This document shows positions 43,110 to 55,921 of a stretch of DNA of 55,921 nt, one piece after another. The DNA is from Vitrella brassicaformis CCMP3155. Its lineage: Eukaryota > Protista > Chromerida. Position numbers and translations under genes: made by a program. Every line of letters starts with the position of its first letter. Position 1 is the stretch's first letter. The stretch spans positions 1 through 55,921 of the forward strand of contig CDMY01000537.1 in NCBI GenBank assembly GCA_001179505.1, in the 5' to 3' direction. A model generated the notes under the pieces. The model was given only the letters and a program-made list of their open reading frames with translations. It did not search any database and was not told the DNA's origin.

Positions 43110-46100
43110 ATGTCTGAGCCAGGGAAGGTTGGCGAGATCCTCCCACCTGTCGAGCAGCCGCCTGAGGCCGCTGGGCACCCCACTGAGTCGACGGAGCACC
43201 CTCTGTCTCAACCCCCTGCTGCAGCAGCAGCAGAACCCGCCATCGCCCACCCTCCCGCAGACAGCATCGCAGCTCAAGAGCAGGCAGAGCGGGAAGAGGC
43301 CAAGCAGGAGGATGCGGCCATGGCTGAGGAGCCACCTGAGGCTGCCGGCCAGGAGACCGTCCCACCCACGGCACCTGTCCCTCAGCCCAGCGAGGAGCAG
43401 TCGACGGGCAGTGTGCAGCAGGCAGTACCAGCTGCAGAGGGAGGGGGAGACATGGAGGTCGGCGAGGCCGGAGCGGCTGCCGATGAGACCATGGAGGATG
43501 CGGGAGGTGGCGACGCGTCAGCCACCGACGACGCCAAGAAGGCCTCGACCGAGGATCACGAGGAGGAGGGCGAGGAGACCTCCTCTCCCACTGCGAAGCC
43601 CGGCAAGATGACCACTCGACGACAGAGCAAGCTTGCCGCCGGTGGAGAGGACACCGAGAGCGGGGCCCAAGCGGCTGCCGAGGGCGAGGGGGAGGAGGGC
43701 GAGCACGACCACGACGAGGAGGACGAGGGCGATGACGACGAGGAGAAGGTCCGCAAGCCCAAGAGGCCCAAGCGCACCGGGGAAGAGACCACCCGAGGCG
43801 GCCGGCGCAAGATGCGAGGCGGCAAGCGCAGGGGCGGCCGGGGCGGCAAGAGGGGCAGTGCCGACGTAGTCTACCCCGTGGCCCCGGCGCTCCTGTACCC
43901 TCCTCTCCCCCTGCCGCCGCCCGTTGAGTTGCGCTGGGCTCAGTGCAGCAAGTGCTCCAAGTGGCGGTCGCTGCCCGGCATCAGCGACGAGGACTGGATC
44001 AAGGTGGAGGCAGACAACGAGTGGTCATGCGAGCTCAACCTGTGGACCACCGACAGGAACACCTGCGACGCCGACGAGGAGGAGGAGAAGGCCCCTCCCG
44101 CACCGGCAGCAGACATCAACGCCCTCGCTGCGGCGTTTGGTGCCGGGGCCGCCGGCCCGCTTCCCTCTCTCCCCATCGGCGCGACCCCCGCAGCACCCCC
44201 TGCAGCTGGCCAACAGGGTGGGGTAGTGGTCCAGACAGAGGCGCCAGTGGTCAGGGCGTCGGGCAAGGCCAAGGCAAGTGCCAAGAGGGGGGCTCATGTG
44301 CGCATTGGGGGGGGTGGCGCGGGCCGGGGAGCTGGCGTGCGGCCGCCTGTGGCTGGTGGTGAGGGAGTGCCTGTGGTGTCTGAGGGGGCGTGGAACTGGG
44401 TGGAGTGCGATGAGTGTCACGAGTGGCGTGCGCTGCCGTTGAACATGCCCGCGCCGAGTGAGGACGAGCGCTGGAGCTGCATCATGTACCTGCACCCCCA
44501 CTACTGGACGTCGCTGCGCGACAAGCCCCCCATGCCCCCCAGCAACCAGCCGGCCACCTACTACAACTCTTGCAAAGACCTCGGTACGTACAACAGCACA
44601 GTCTACACAGCTGATGGGTGTGGATATATGTCCACGTCTATCTATCGCTGTGTGTGGCCTTGTCTCTGTGTGTATTGTATTGTATCCTTCATTCATTCAG
44701 ATGAGTGTCCGCACTACCAGAACGTTCACAAGATCGCAAACGAGGCCGAGGAGTACGCCAAGGCCGTCGCCAGCGGCGCCATCCCACCCCCACTGCCACC
44801 GGCATTCCCCGCCCGCCAGCAGGGCAAGAAGACACCCAAGCATGCCACCGCGGCCACCACGTCGCCCACATCACGGCACCGCAGCGGCCCCCGACGTCAA
44901 GCCACCGACAAGGGCGGCTCCGAGCTGGCCGAGGGTGGCCATGGGGCGTCCCGCAAACGGTCACTGCGGGATGGTCGCCGTCGCCGCAGCGACGAGGAGG
45001 GGGAGAACGGCGTCGACATGGATGACGAGCAGGATGAGGACACCGACGACATGGCCAGCGGCCGCCACCACTCGAAGACAAACAACCAGGCCGAGAAGCT
45101 CGCCGACATGTTTGCGGGAGAGGACGGCAAACGCACCAGGGGTGGCGGCGCGCGCGACCCACTCGGCCGATTCGCAGAGGGCAGCGGCAGGCGAGATCGA
45201 GATCGAGATCGGGACCGAGACAGGGACGACAGCGGGGGCGACACTGCCACACCCAAGGGCGCCGCCACTGGCAGAGGTGTCCGTGCGGCGGCCATGCAGC
45301 GCCGCGCCAGGCGCGAGGCACGACACTACGCCGACACGGACGGCGGTGGTGATGACGAGAAGGACATGGACGAGAAGCCGCCAGCGCATCACCACCACAC
45401 GGGCGGGGGTCGTGGTGGCCGACGTGGGCGGGGGAGGGGCGGCAGGGGTGGAGGGGCGGCTGCCGCTGCTGCGGCGGCACAAGCTGCAGTGGTTGGTCCT
45501 GGAGGGGTGCAAGTGCTGCCCCCTGGCATGATGTACGTGCCCATCGAAGAAATCACCGACTGGATGGCGGTCAGCGGACGAGACGAGCGAGCCATTGAGT
45601 GAATCACCTGGACGTCTGTGCACGCCTGCCTGTCTGCCTGTCTGCCTGTCTGCCTGTCTGCCTGTCTGTCTGTCTGTATGTCTGTGTGTTGATCAGTGCG
45701 AGAAGTGCAATAAGTGGCGGAAGGTGCCCAAAGACATCGTGACCAAGTACAAGAACAAGTCGTTCTACTGCGAGCACAACCCAAACCCCAATTTCAACAC
45801 CTGCGACGTCCCGCAGGAGGCAGACCAAGGCGCCATCCCCCTCGCAGCCAACGGCATCGGCGTCCTACCGGCGGCATTCCCACCTCAGGCAAACCAGCAG
45901 GGCCAGGGAGCGGGCGGGGGAGCCGCAGCAGCTGCTGCGGCTTGTGCGGGCGGGGCGTCTGCTGGCATGGAAATGCCTTCGCAGGGAGGGGCTGCGGGTG
46001 GTGGTGGCTGTGGCGTCGACGCGATGGCGCTCAATGGGTCTGGTGCTGGCGATGGTGGCGGCGGGCAGGTCATAACACAGACCATGGGCGCGCTGCCTGC

Positions 46101-48203
46101 CGTCATACCCGGCTCACAGAAGGTGAGGATTGACCTGCATAGACAGACGGGCACGGATGGATGGACAAGAGGGATAATGGGTCGTCTGCGTGTGTGTGTG
46201 TGTGTGTGCTTCATTCAGATGGTTGGTCCTGCGTTTCCTGTCCCTGGTCTGATCCATCCGCCTCGCATGCTGCGGGGTCGAGTCATCCTGGTCGGCGACG
46301 ACGGTACGAACGACCTGACCTAACGAAGCCAGCACCACACACAACACACCCACACCCACACACATCCACACACACACACACAGACAGGGCCCCATTGCTC
46401 TCTCTCCTCTTTGTGTGCCATGTTCTGCAGCGTGGAAGGGCCACATGACCGCCTCGCGCGACAGCCAAGACCGCCTCCACGTCACCATCGACAACCCCCC
46501 AGCCGGCGGCGGCAAGCAGCCAGTCGCCAACACGCAGGCCGCACAGCGGGGCGGCATCAACACCCTCAACCCCCCCCCCATCTACCCACCCGCAGCGGAC
46601 ATCATGGGCCAGTTTGTCCCCCTCCCGGCCCCCAATGCCTCCGTCAAGGGCACCATTGCGCTGTTCCAGTTGCCCACCGAGGAGGAGTGGGAGAAGAAGG
46701 ACCTCCGCGAGGGCAAGAAGGCAAAGGCCAAGGCCAAGGGCAAGGCGGCGGCGAGCGAGCAGCAGGGCGCAGCCGTGGTCAAGGACGAAAAGGAGAAGGA
46801 TGAGGATGACCAGAAAATGGAAGACGGTGAGCGACGATTGACGAGTGTCATCAGACACGTGAATGGACCCATGTACGTCTGTGTGTGTGTGTGTGTGTGT
46901 AGGTGGTGAACGTGCCGCTGGGGACCAGGAGGATCAGGGCGGCGACGGTGGTGATGGTGATGGCGATGGCGACCAGGAGATGCCCGACACCACTCTGGAG
47001 GAGGAGAGGAAGCTGCAGGACGAGTTCTTCAGCCTTTGCCCGCACCGAACCAGACAGGCAGGCACACACACACACAAACATACACACCGACGGCAGACAG
47101 CGACCTCTCTCTGCTGTCTGTCTCTCGTCCATGTGTCTTGTCAGATGGTCAAGCTGGAGGCCCAGCGCCGCAAGGGCATCAATCCAACCGAGAAGTTCAA
47201 CCAGTTCTGCACCGAGCGCGACAAGGCCAATGGCGACGAGGACGGCCGCAAGAAGAGGGCCAAGAAAGCCGCACTGCGCTCCAAGTCCAAGGAGCAAGAC
47301 AGCCTGCTCGAAGGCCCCCGCATGCGCGTGACGAGAGGCGTCAGACCCAAGCTGCCCCCCGAGCTCTTCGCCAGCAGCAAGGGCGGCTCCCCCAGCCCCT
47401 CACCCAAGCCGCGCAAGCTCAGCAAGGGCCAGCCAGGCCTCGTGTACAGCCGGTCCAACTCCAACCTCTCCACATTCCTGCAAGACGGCGCCTACGGCCT
47501 CTCGGGCCCACTCCCGTCATCGGTCAACGGCATCCCCGGTGTCACACCACGTGGGGGCGGTCGAGGCGGTCGTGGCGGACGGGGAAGGGGCAGGGGCGGA
47601 CAGAGGGGCGGGGGGGCGCTGTCTGGTGGAGTGCCTCCTGCGTTGCGATCCTTGCGGTCGGGCGAGTCTCTTGCTTCAGAGGGCGGCCGATCGAGGGGCC
47701 GTGGGCGGCGTGGTGGGCGCGGCAAGCGTGATGAAGATGAGGTGTCTTTCCGCATTTCGTCTCGCAAGCGCAAGGCCCAGGAGGAGGAGGATGAAGACGA
47801 AGACGAGCAGGACGAGGGAGACGACAATGACAATGACAACGACACCGGCGAGGAGGCCCCACCACCCCCACCACCCGCAGACAAGAAGGCAGATGAGGAC
47901 GTGCCCATGCGCCAGCCCCCGCCGCCCGCCATCGGCACGTCCGACGATGAGGACAATCTGCCGCTGAGCAGCAAGAAGAAGACTCCCCTGGCCACACCCA
48001 AGGACGGCAAGGCCCCCCAGCCATGGCCCACTGAGGCGCAGGGCAAGACCAATGCGCCACAGCCGATGGACACGGACGACGCGCAGGGGGCTGGCGACCA
48101 AGCAATGGACAGCACCGATCCTGCGGGTGGTGGTGCTGCTGGTGGTGATGGTGGCGGTGCTTTGGGCGGTGCGGCAGCCGAAGCAGCAGAGGAGGAGAAG
48201 TGA
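43110..48203 (+). CDS. Large low-complexity nuclear protein with three CW-type zinc fingers
   Basis: RWAQCSKCSKWRSL...WSCELN...NTC; NWVECDECHEWRAL...WSC; DWMA|CEKCNKWRKV...FYCEHNPNPNFNTCDVPQE. Acidic and RGG-rich regions. Stop at 48203. Confidence 0.85.
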
Positions 48204-48599
48204 GTGATATCGGTGCACGTGTGTGGGTGGGTGGATGAGTGGGTGAACGGTCTTGTCTTGTGGGTGTGGTGTGTTTTGGCTTTTTCCTGAGTGGCTGGCT
48301 GGCTGGCCGCCGGGTGAGTGAGAGGTTGCTTTCAACGATACAGATAGGCATGGACAGACAGCGGTCGGTTTACTTTTGCGCCGCGCCGTTGATCTGGCTG
48401 GCTGGCTGGCTAGCTGGCTGACACACCCACCCACCCGACACATGCATTTTCGTTTCAAGTAATGTATAGAGCGCGTGGCTGGCGGCGGGTGGGGGCCGGA
48501 CTGAGTGAGGTGGCGATGGGACAGACAGAGGAGACTTTACGCATCGATCGATCATTCAAAGGATCTCTCTGGAGCACTCACTCGTCGTCGACATACATA

Positions 48600-49904
48600 T
48601 GTAAGGGAGTGAGCACATGCACCGTGAGGGCATGGGGGTCAGTTTGGGAGTGATTTATTGACCTGAGACCGAGGCAGACAGGCAGACGTGACCGAACCAG
48701 CCACGTATTTTTGATCACATTTCGAGCCTTTTTCACTCGCTGGATAGCCGCCCTGCAACGCAATTTTTGACCTGGCGTGCACGGTGCACCCGCGTTGGCG
48801 ATGGGGTGGTGGGTGAGAGATGGCGCGTACGTGCTGTACCTTAGTAGTGACTCGTCGACACTGGTACAGTAACTTTGGCCTGCCTGCCTGCATGGGGAGA
48901 GAGAGAGAGGTGTCACTCAACCAGTACCTGTTGGCTGCGGAGCGAGAGGAGCTGATTGTGGTACCATTGACGCGTACAGTGACTTTACGAGGGAGGGCGC
49001 ATTGCTCTCGACTGTGTGTACCATACCTGCGGCAGCGTACGTACCTTTAAAGGGAGGGAGAGGGACACCCACCCACACACACGCACGGGATGATGGATAT
49101 GGATGGATGGATGGATTGATTGATTGATGCCTTTTTGAGGAACACGAAATGACTGGCTGATCGGTGTACGTGTCTGTCGGCCTGAAGGCTCTGGGAAGGC
49201 CTGTAAAGTCAGCTTGTGCGATGGATGATTCATGCAAGACACGCGACAAGAATCGACTGATATGTCCTTTCACTGCATTCACGTGCCGCGCTTCGCGCAC
49301 TCTGTCCATCCATCCATCCACAATGATGCAAACGATCGACAGCATCATGCAAACACTCGGCGAGTTGTCCTTCGAGTCGCCTCTCTTGACACGTCATCCA
49401 GCCTCAGGCAGAAAGCATGGCTCCTAAAAGAGACTCATCATGCAGCGACCCCATACCCACACAGCTGGCTATGTACAGGACAACTGCCTCGCCTCTCTCG
49501 CTCACTCATTCATCCGTGGCGATCTCCACTCAGCCCTCCGACGGGATCAGCCCTCTCCACGACAGATCTTGCATCGCGCTGCCGACGTAGAACTTTGCAT
49601 CGGTGCTCGCGCCAGTGCTGCTGCTGCCTCCATCTATGTCCTCAGTCCTCTTCCTGCTTCTTGTCTGCAGCCACGCCGCCTTGCCGTCGCTGTGGGGGGG
49701 GTGGCACTGGAGGGGCGGCACGTCGCCCTTCTTGCCGTCGGTCGACGTCCTCCGCACCACCTCGGGGGTCACAGATGAGCTCGGGGTGTCTAGTGAGGCG
49801 CCCGGGGCTTTGGAAGCATTGACAGGAGCGGTGACAGAGGGACGCCGGATAGTGCGGCGAAGAAGATACCGCTCCAAGTGCTGCGCCAATCGAACATGAA
49901 ACAT
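48600..49904 (-). CDS. Hypothetical multi-exon gene, poorly resolved
   Basis: MFHVRLAQHLERYLLRR... from ATG 49904, plus further minus-strand GT-AG-bounded segments (e.g. RVREARHVNAVKGHISRF). The end coordinate is approximate. Confidence 0.3.
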
Positions 49905-49994
49905 GCCGCTGCAGTGGGAGTTTGGTTGTGGGGCTTTTGTTAAACGGAAGGTGGACACGAACTCGCTTGGCTTCCCCTTTCTCGGGAGGTTTGC

Positions 49995-51059
49995 ATGGTG
50001 GCTGAGGTGTCGTTGGTCAAGATAGTCGTCGGGTCAGGCGATGCATGTCATTGCAAGACAGACATTCTACGAGAAGAAGGAAAGTGGAAAAATGGACAAA
50101 TAAGGTGTTCAATCACGCATGCGGCATGCCTATCTCTGTGCCTGTCTGTGCAGAACCTGCTGGTCAAGCATTCCTCGTATTTTGCCGCCGCGCTCGACGG
50201 TAGTGGGTTTGCCGAGAACGCCACACAGTCCGTAGAGGTGCCTTCCATCCGCCCCGAGACCTTCAAAAACATGAGCTGGCTACTGCCGTCGGGAGATATG
50301 TGCAGCCCTCAGGTGGGAATAGCATGCGCGTGCGCATGACTGCTTTGTATTGCCGTTCTGTTCGTGTCAGGTGCTCAAGGCCCATATCGCCGGCATGACG
50401 GACCTGCCGTGTGCCCTTGACGTGCCCACGGACGGCACACATGTAGATGAGTCCGACCAGGGCGATGGGAAGGAAGAGAGGACGGCCACGGGTGAGGGCC
50501 CACCGCAGAACGGGCAGCAGACCGACGGCAGCATGGTGTACAGCAGCCTGCCCCATCTGTTGGTCATGTGTCAATATTTCAACATGGAGGCCCACGTGGC
50601 ATACATCGCTGTATTCGTGCGTCGAAAACTGGTTGATCGATGTCGCCGCCTTTGATCCTACACATGAAGCCAGGCGTGCTGGAGAGCGGCGACTTCCCAA
50701 AGGCAAGGGTCATTGAGGCGTTGACTCGTGAGGCCCTGAAACAGCCAGTTGGGGTGTGGCAGCCGCTGATGGCGAAGCTGCCCGTGGAGCTGAGCATGAA
50801 TGTCTTGGCTCGCGCTGTGGGTGGCTGGAAGGCCGCGGATGGGGCGATCAGAAAACTGTGGGGCGATGGTAGCTTTAACTCGATCAAGAGCGCGTACCCT
50901 GTGACGATGAACCAATTTTGCGAGTACTGTGACAGCACACTCTCTGGCCTGTCGATGTGTGAGACGATGGATGACCTTAAAAGCTGTAATACAATTATCC
51001 ACCTCTACTCATTGTACCGATTATTTGTCATTCATGGCTCGTGCATGTCAGTTTGTTGA
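49995..51059 (+). CDS. BTB/POZ-like protein
   Basis: LLVKHSSYFAAALDGSGFAENATQSVEVPSIRPETF and LLVMCQYFNME are typical BTB segments. A short intron near 50617-50667 probably joins the last ORF. Confidence 0.65.
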
Positions 51060-51672
51060 TCGTTGCTTTGTCGCTCTGAATCGACACAAGTCGCTCAGTC
51101 AGTCAGTCAGTTGATGAGATGCATGCACGTCATGGCATCATTGGTTGGATGGATGAGAGGATGAGTCACTCAGTCAGTCAGTGTGTTTGTGATTGGTACT
51201 CACACATCGTACTGTACGTACGTACAGAACCAACACACCAAAGCCCTATATCGGCCGCGAGGCTGGAGCGAGTTGGCATGTCTCTCATGTAACAGGGCCT
51301 CGCTTCTCCTGTCATGGAAGCCAACTGACGACATGACGTTGTGAGGCACTCAAGGACGCTTCGCATGCACTCAGTGACTGTGTGGCTTCGTGTCTCATTA
51401 TGACTTTGGTCTGGGTCCGTCATTAGTTGTGTCTCGTTGCTCGAGACACGAGGCGTTTGTACGCAATGTACAAATGGCAGAAGCGCTCATAATTTGACGA
51501 AGTGCGCGTATGTGGTCACGGCGGGCCAGCCAAGCGCCTGCCATCTGTCTATACCCTCCGACCGCCTCCTGTACGTTGCGGTCGGCAATTTTGAAATCGG
51601 CATTGCTGTGTACGGCACTCTTCTGACATGACTGATTGGGCCATGCGCCTCTGAAACGCATGCGGACAACTG

Positions 51673-51704
<32 letters not shown>

Positions 51705-52030
51705 TCCATAGCATCAATGTGTGTACGTATGTTTGACACCGAACCATACCTGACACACACAGGCTGACTGGTATGCGCTTCCTCTTGGTGTCTGTGGCGG
51801 GGAAGCAGACGAAGGTCCAAACTTCGGGTTGGACCTTTCTTGCATCCTGAGGGTCAATAATTGGTCTGTACATGCCTGTCTTGGTCGATCCATCCATGCA
51901 TCCATCCATCTATCCATCCATCCCCCCAAAGAGCATGTACGACACGACAATTGTTGGTGTGCATCGAGAAAAAGGGATGTCGCGTGTTTCTGTCTCCATC
52001 CGCAAATCAATCATCGTCCACACAGGTATG

Positions 52031-54124
52031 TCATGGCAGCTCAAACATCCTTGAATGAAAAGGACAAAACTCGTATATGCTTACTGACTGATACTTGTTC
52101 TCATCAGCAGCTGTCAAGAGGATCAGCACAAGGACTGCCGCATTGCGAATGATGACAGCAGTGCCGCCGATGCCCAGTGCCAGCAAGTGCATCCTGATGA
52201 CGCCCGGCTCGGTTATGCTCTTAATGAGGGGCAAGTTGGCAGAGCGCACGAGGCAGATGTAGAGCGCACCCTCGAAGAAGACTTCGATCAGCACCATGAG
52301 TCCCAGACCTACTAGCCTCTCTAGCAGGTGACGGACGGATGGAAAGAGGATCTGGCCGACAGTGATGTTGAACAGGTTGGTGAAGATGAGCACTGTCAAC
52401 TCGGTCAAGCTGTAGGCATGCATTTGCTGCAGCAGTGGAGGCAAACAAAAAGGGGGGTAGAATGAATGGATTTTCTTGTCTGTCGCTTTCTTTCCTTACA
52501 TCGCTGAGACGCCGAAGGAATATCGGGTGATAACCAAATTGAACAACCCGAGTGGGGACGTCCAGAAACGTGCTCAAAGACCTCATGTTCGTAGAAAGGC
52601 GGCTGAGTAGCATGACCGGCGTCTGCTTATCGCGCGTTTCCTGAGTATCTTCAGCAATGACGGTATCGAAGTGCCGATCTCGTACCGGCCTGCATAGGAA
52701 TCGCACCAGACTTCTTCTTGCGGCCCCACCTATGAGAACGAAATACGGCATGGCTAGGTCGGTAACGAAGTCGAATGATGCAAAGATCAAGCTCGACAGA
52801 AGCTGATAAGGAGAGACATGTCCAGGAAGGACGAGGAATGGATCTGACGCGAGGACAACGTCGATAGCGTCGATGTGCTTACCTACCTGAGAGGAGATAT
52901 ATTCCATCTTGGCTTGGACGACCCTTGGGAAGAGTGCGAAGCCGAACGCTACAAACGTGATTGCTGGAGACGTTTGCAGGGCAGGGCCGTCCTTCAGAGA
53001 ACGAACGATGCCTGTGACTGAGACACAGACCGAATACGCATGGAAACATGCGAAGGTGTCCATCGACCGAGTCGCATTTCTTACGGGTCGCAACAAGGGG
53101 CGACACCACGAGCAGCCAAGCGAAGAGGACGCGTGTCCTCTCGCGATCTGTTGTTGCAGTCCGGGCAAGTGGCACGAAGTAGAGGGGACCGGCAAACGAA
53201 AAACAGATGACCACTAACATCATGACCCATGTCTTGAGAATATACGCCCGCTTCCTCAGGATTATTGTCGAGCTCAGAGCCACTTGGCGAAAGACCCTGA
53301 CAGGACAGGCACAACGACAGAGAATATGTGCGTACTATCACAATTCTTCTCTCACATGAGGAGCATGAACACGCCAATGGGGTAATACATGAGCGGCGCA
53401 TATTTGTGGTGTTACAGAAGCCACACATGGGACACACCCAGGAACGAGGAAATACCATGTCGTCCTCAAGCGGCGGACAGCCCCAATTGCACTGCCCTCA
53501 GCCACAACGAGTATCATAGCCACAAAGCATAGGGCAACGATGATGCGGCGAGTTACATCAAGGACTATCCCTGCTGCTCTCGCGCTCATCTTCTCGCACG
53601 CCGACCAGTACCCCAGCCACACCAGGGCCCAACAGACTGCAAAGCCGACGGCTGCAATTAGGTGGAATGAGAGTACCTGGAAAGTGACAGACCTGGAAGG
53701 ACTGCGATATTGTGCGAATGGTTACCTTTATAACTCGTCTTACAGTCGTCCAAAGCGGCTCAGGAGTAAAGACCGCACCAACAAATGAGCCTCCTCCATA
53801 TCGCAAGTCAGTTTGGAACTCCTGAAAGGAGGCTGCATGTCCCGCGCATGCTCGGAATTCATTCACCTTTTCTTCGAGCTCCACCTCCTCTTTGCGCAGC
53901 GCTCTTCCGTCTTCTTCTCCGTCCTCATGAAAGACAACCCCCTCTTCTGAGTAGGTTTCTGTAGGCAGGCCGCAGGTCACGTCGTTGGTCCCAGTGGCGC
54001 CTGTGCTTGCTGGGTCAATGACATGCGCCTCGCCGCTGAGAAGATCTGCTGGTGCATCGCTGACTTTCATGACGTGTTCAACGTCGTGTTGCGGTTGAGC
54101 GGCGGTGAGCTCCGTGGTCAGCAT
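52031..54124 (-). CDS. Multi-pass membrane protein with an acidic N-terminal region
   Basis: Acidic N-terminus from ATG 54124, then many hydrophobic helices (VGFAVCWALVWLGYW, IIVALCFVAMILVV, VMMLVVICFSFAG, LLSSLIFASF, LTVLIFTNLFNI, LVGLGLMVLIEVFF) over several exons. No family recognised. Confidence 0.55.
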
Positions 54125-54468
54125 CTTCGAAACGGGAACAATTCGATCCTGGGGCTCCCTGGGGGCTCTTGTGGGGGCTCAGTCTCCACGGCGGAGCAAC
54201 TTCAACTTGAACTCCCGGCTCCACGCGCAGGATGATGCACCGGCTTCAGAGCCCGTTACATTCAAATCGGACTGATGTGTACAGCACGGATGACGACTGG
54301 GTAATGACGACAGCGGCGGCCTCAGCCTGCCCTCAGCGGCAAACAGCCGCGACCACGCTGAGGGCTGGATGAAGGGGGGTAAGACGCGTGGGCACGCCAA
54401 AACTGCACGAGGATCTTGACTGGCTCATGCCTGTCTGCATTGTTTGTCCGCGTCTTTTCCCTCTGCAG

Positions 54469-55478
54469 CTGCTGCGCCAAATTAGAGCGGCGGTGTGGAT
54501 GTTGACCTGGCGGTGCAGATGCTCGCGAAGCAGAAGGCCCCCGGCACGGCAAGGCTCTTCACAAAGGCATGCAGGATGAGCAGAGATCCATTCATCGGGA
54601 GTCTGTTGATGGGGAGTGGGGTTAGGTGTACAGTAGTTAGGTGTGATGTGCTGCCCTCCTTCTTCTTCAGGGCCCTCGGCTCGATGCTTCCCTCGTCTCT
54701 CCGCAGCGGCCCCCTCCGTCCGCACCCCGCCACCACACGCCACGACAGGAACGAGTAAGGAGCAATCCCAGGCCGACATGATTGGCAGGCGACAAACGTG
54801 TGTCTGTCTTCGTGTGTGTGTGCTAGGCCAGCTGTGCCGTTCGAGGGAGCTAATGCCGCCACGCCATCTGACCTGGAAGGCTTCATCGCCGGACTGCTCA
54901 CGACACGCCCTTCGATGATGCAAGTGTCTGACTGGCCGTCGTCAGGATGTGCTGCGGTGCATTGCGTTTGTGTATGTGCGTCGGCGCCGGCTGCGAGTGC
55001 CCAAGTATGCTGACGTGAAGCACAGCCCCTTTAGCTGCCCGTCGCACGCCTACGATGTCGAGGTGGTGTCGTTCCAGCAGCTCATGCGGCAGCCAGGCGG
55101 CGCAGGGAGTCGTGGCTGAGCCATACACAACCATCAGCGCCAGGAAAGTCGAGACGGCCGACAGACAGACAGACAAGCTCGATCGATCGATATTGTATGT
55201 GCGTGTATACGTATGATACAGGGGTGTTGTGTCCCATGAAAACAACAAGCCGACAGAGTTCGACACGCTCATCGACTGGCTCAGGCACCACCCCCACCGA
55301 GCCATATTCGCCAAAGTCACACAGATCAAGCTCTTCAAGACCTTCAAGTGAGCATTCACATGAAGCCAAATCCGTTCGTGGGCGTGTGGATAAGAGCAGG
55401 CGTTGGAAGGCCTTCGAGCTGTGGCGACTCGAGAGGGCACGCGCGCGAATGCAAGAGGCCGCCCAGGGGAGTCAGTAA
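54469..55478 (+). CDS. Hypothetical multi-exon gene, frame unresolved
   Basis: Plus-strand acceptors and coding-like segments PAVPFEGANAATPSDLEGFIAGLL, PSHAYDVEVVSFQQLM and ENNKPTEFDTLIDWLRHHPHRAIF. Confidence 0.3.
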
Positions 55479-55921
55479 AGCGACGAAAAGGATATAGATG
55501 GGTTCGTTTCTTCAGTCTCTAGAGGCCAAGCTGTTCATACTGAATCCGCCATTCCGTGATTTGCTCCTTCGATGCCGATCTATCGCTGTGCCTTCAAATC
55601 GAAGACCTCAGGCAAGCACGGCACTAGCTGACTTGTTAGTCATCTTGTTGAATATCCATCGGTGGACTGAATGAATGTCGGCAGGTGCTTGCAGACCGAG
55701 ATGTACAACACTCGAATACACGGAGAGAGTCGATCAATGATTGACGAGATTGCAATTGACTGATTGTCAATCATGGCGTCGTGGTCAGTGTCGTTTGTCG
55801 TGGCACTCCTGCTGCTGCTGCTGTGCATCGGTGTGGACGGCAACGGGCAACAGCCTGTCAGAATGAGCAAGACCGACGCGTAAGTCATTCACATGATGAT
55901 ATACTGGATGAATGCATTCTG

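Larger units (their letters stand above)
254..55200. repeat. Pervasive intronic microsatellites: (CA)n/(TG)n, (GA)n, (CAGA)n, (GGAT)n
   Basis: Present in most introns across the window. They produce the HTHTH and CVCVC tracts in the ORF track. Confidence 0.95.

Noticed and set aside
54148-54168. CCTGGGGCTCCCTG as a reverse fifth copy of the element
   Set aside because: It matches only part of the core, needs gaps and lacks the GAAACCGC half.
133-55888. Hundreds of ORFs containing CVCVCV, HTHTHT or ERERER tracts, and long antisense ORFs
   Set aside because: These are translations of intronic microsatellites and shadows of GC-rich exons, not independent genes.

Overview
This is eukaryotic nuclear DNA: GC-rich, gene-dense, with many short GT-AG introns carrying (CA)n/(TG)n microsatellites. 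The intron style plus an ApiAP2 gene suggests a chromerid/apicomplexan relative such as Vitrella (inference, not verified). I can support about 22 protein-coding loci, nearly all arranged as head-to-head (- then +) pairs. Recognisable products are an FNBP4-like WW protein, two BTB/POZ proteins, a PIWI-clade Argonaute, an F-box protein, an ApiAP2 factor with two AP2 domains and a probable ACDC domain, a secreted GMC oxidoreductase, an atypical ARF-like GTPase, CKS1, an RluA/RPUSD2-type pseudouridine synthase and a triple CW-zinc-finger protein. A 300-N gap lies inside a PIWI intron. I saw no rRNA, tRNA, CRISPR array or recognisable transposon. Three observations stand out. (1) A 23-36 bp element (CAGCGGTTTYAKGSAGCACCCTAGG...) recurs four times, each time between divergent genes. 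(2) The PIWI protein keeps its guide-binding pocket but has lost its slicer residues, has an RGG box inside the PIWI domain, and has two reading-frame lesions. (3) A small secreted protein and the GMC oxidoreductase start 57 bp apart head-to-head and share an acidic GP(I/V)DD..DGGGF(D/E)E.DP motif. Exon boundaries were read by eye and family assignments come from remembered motifs; no database search was run.
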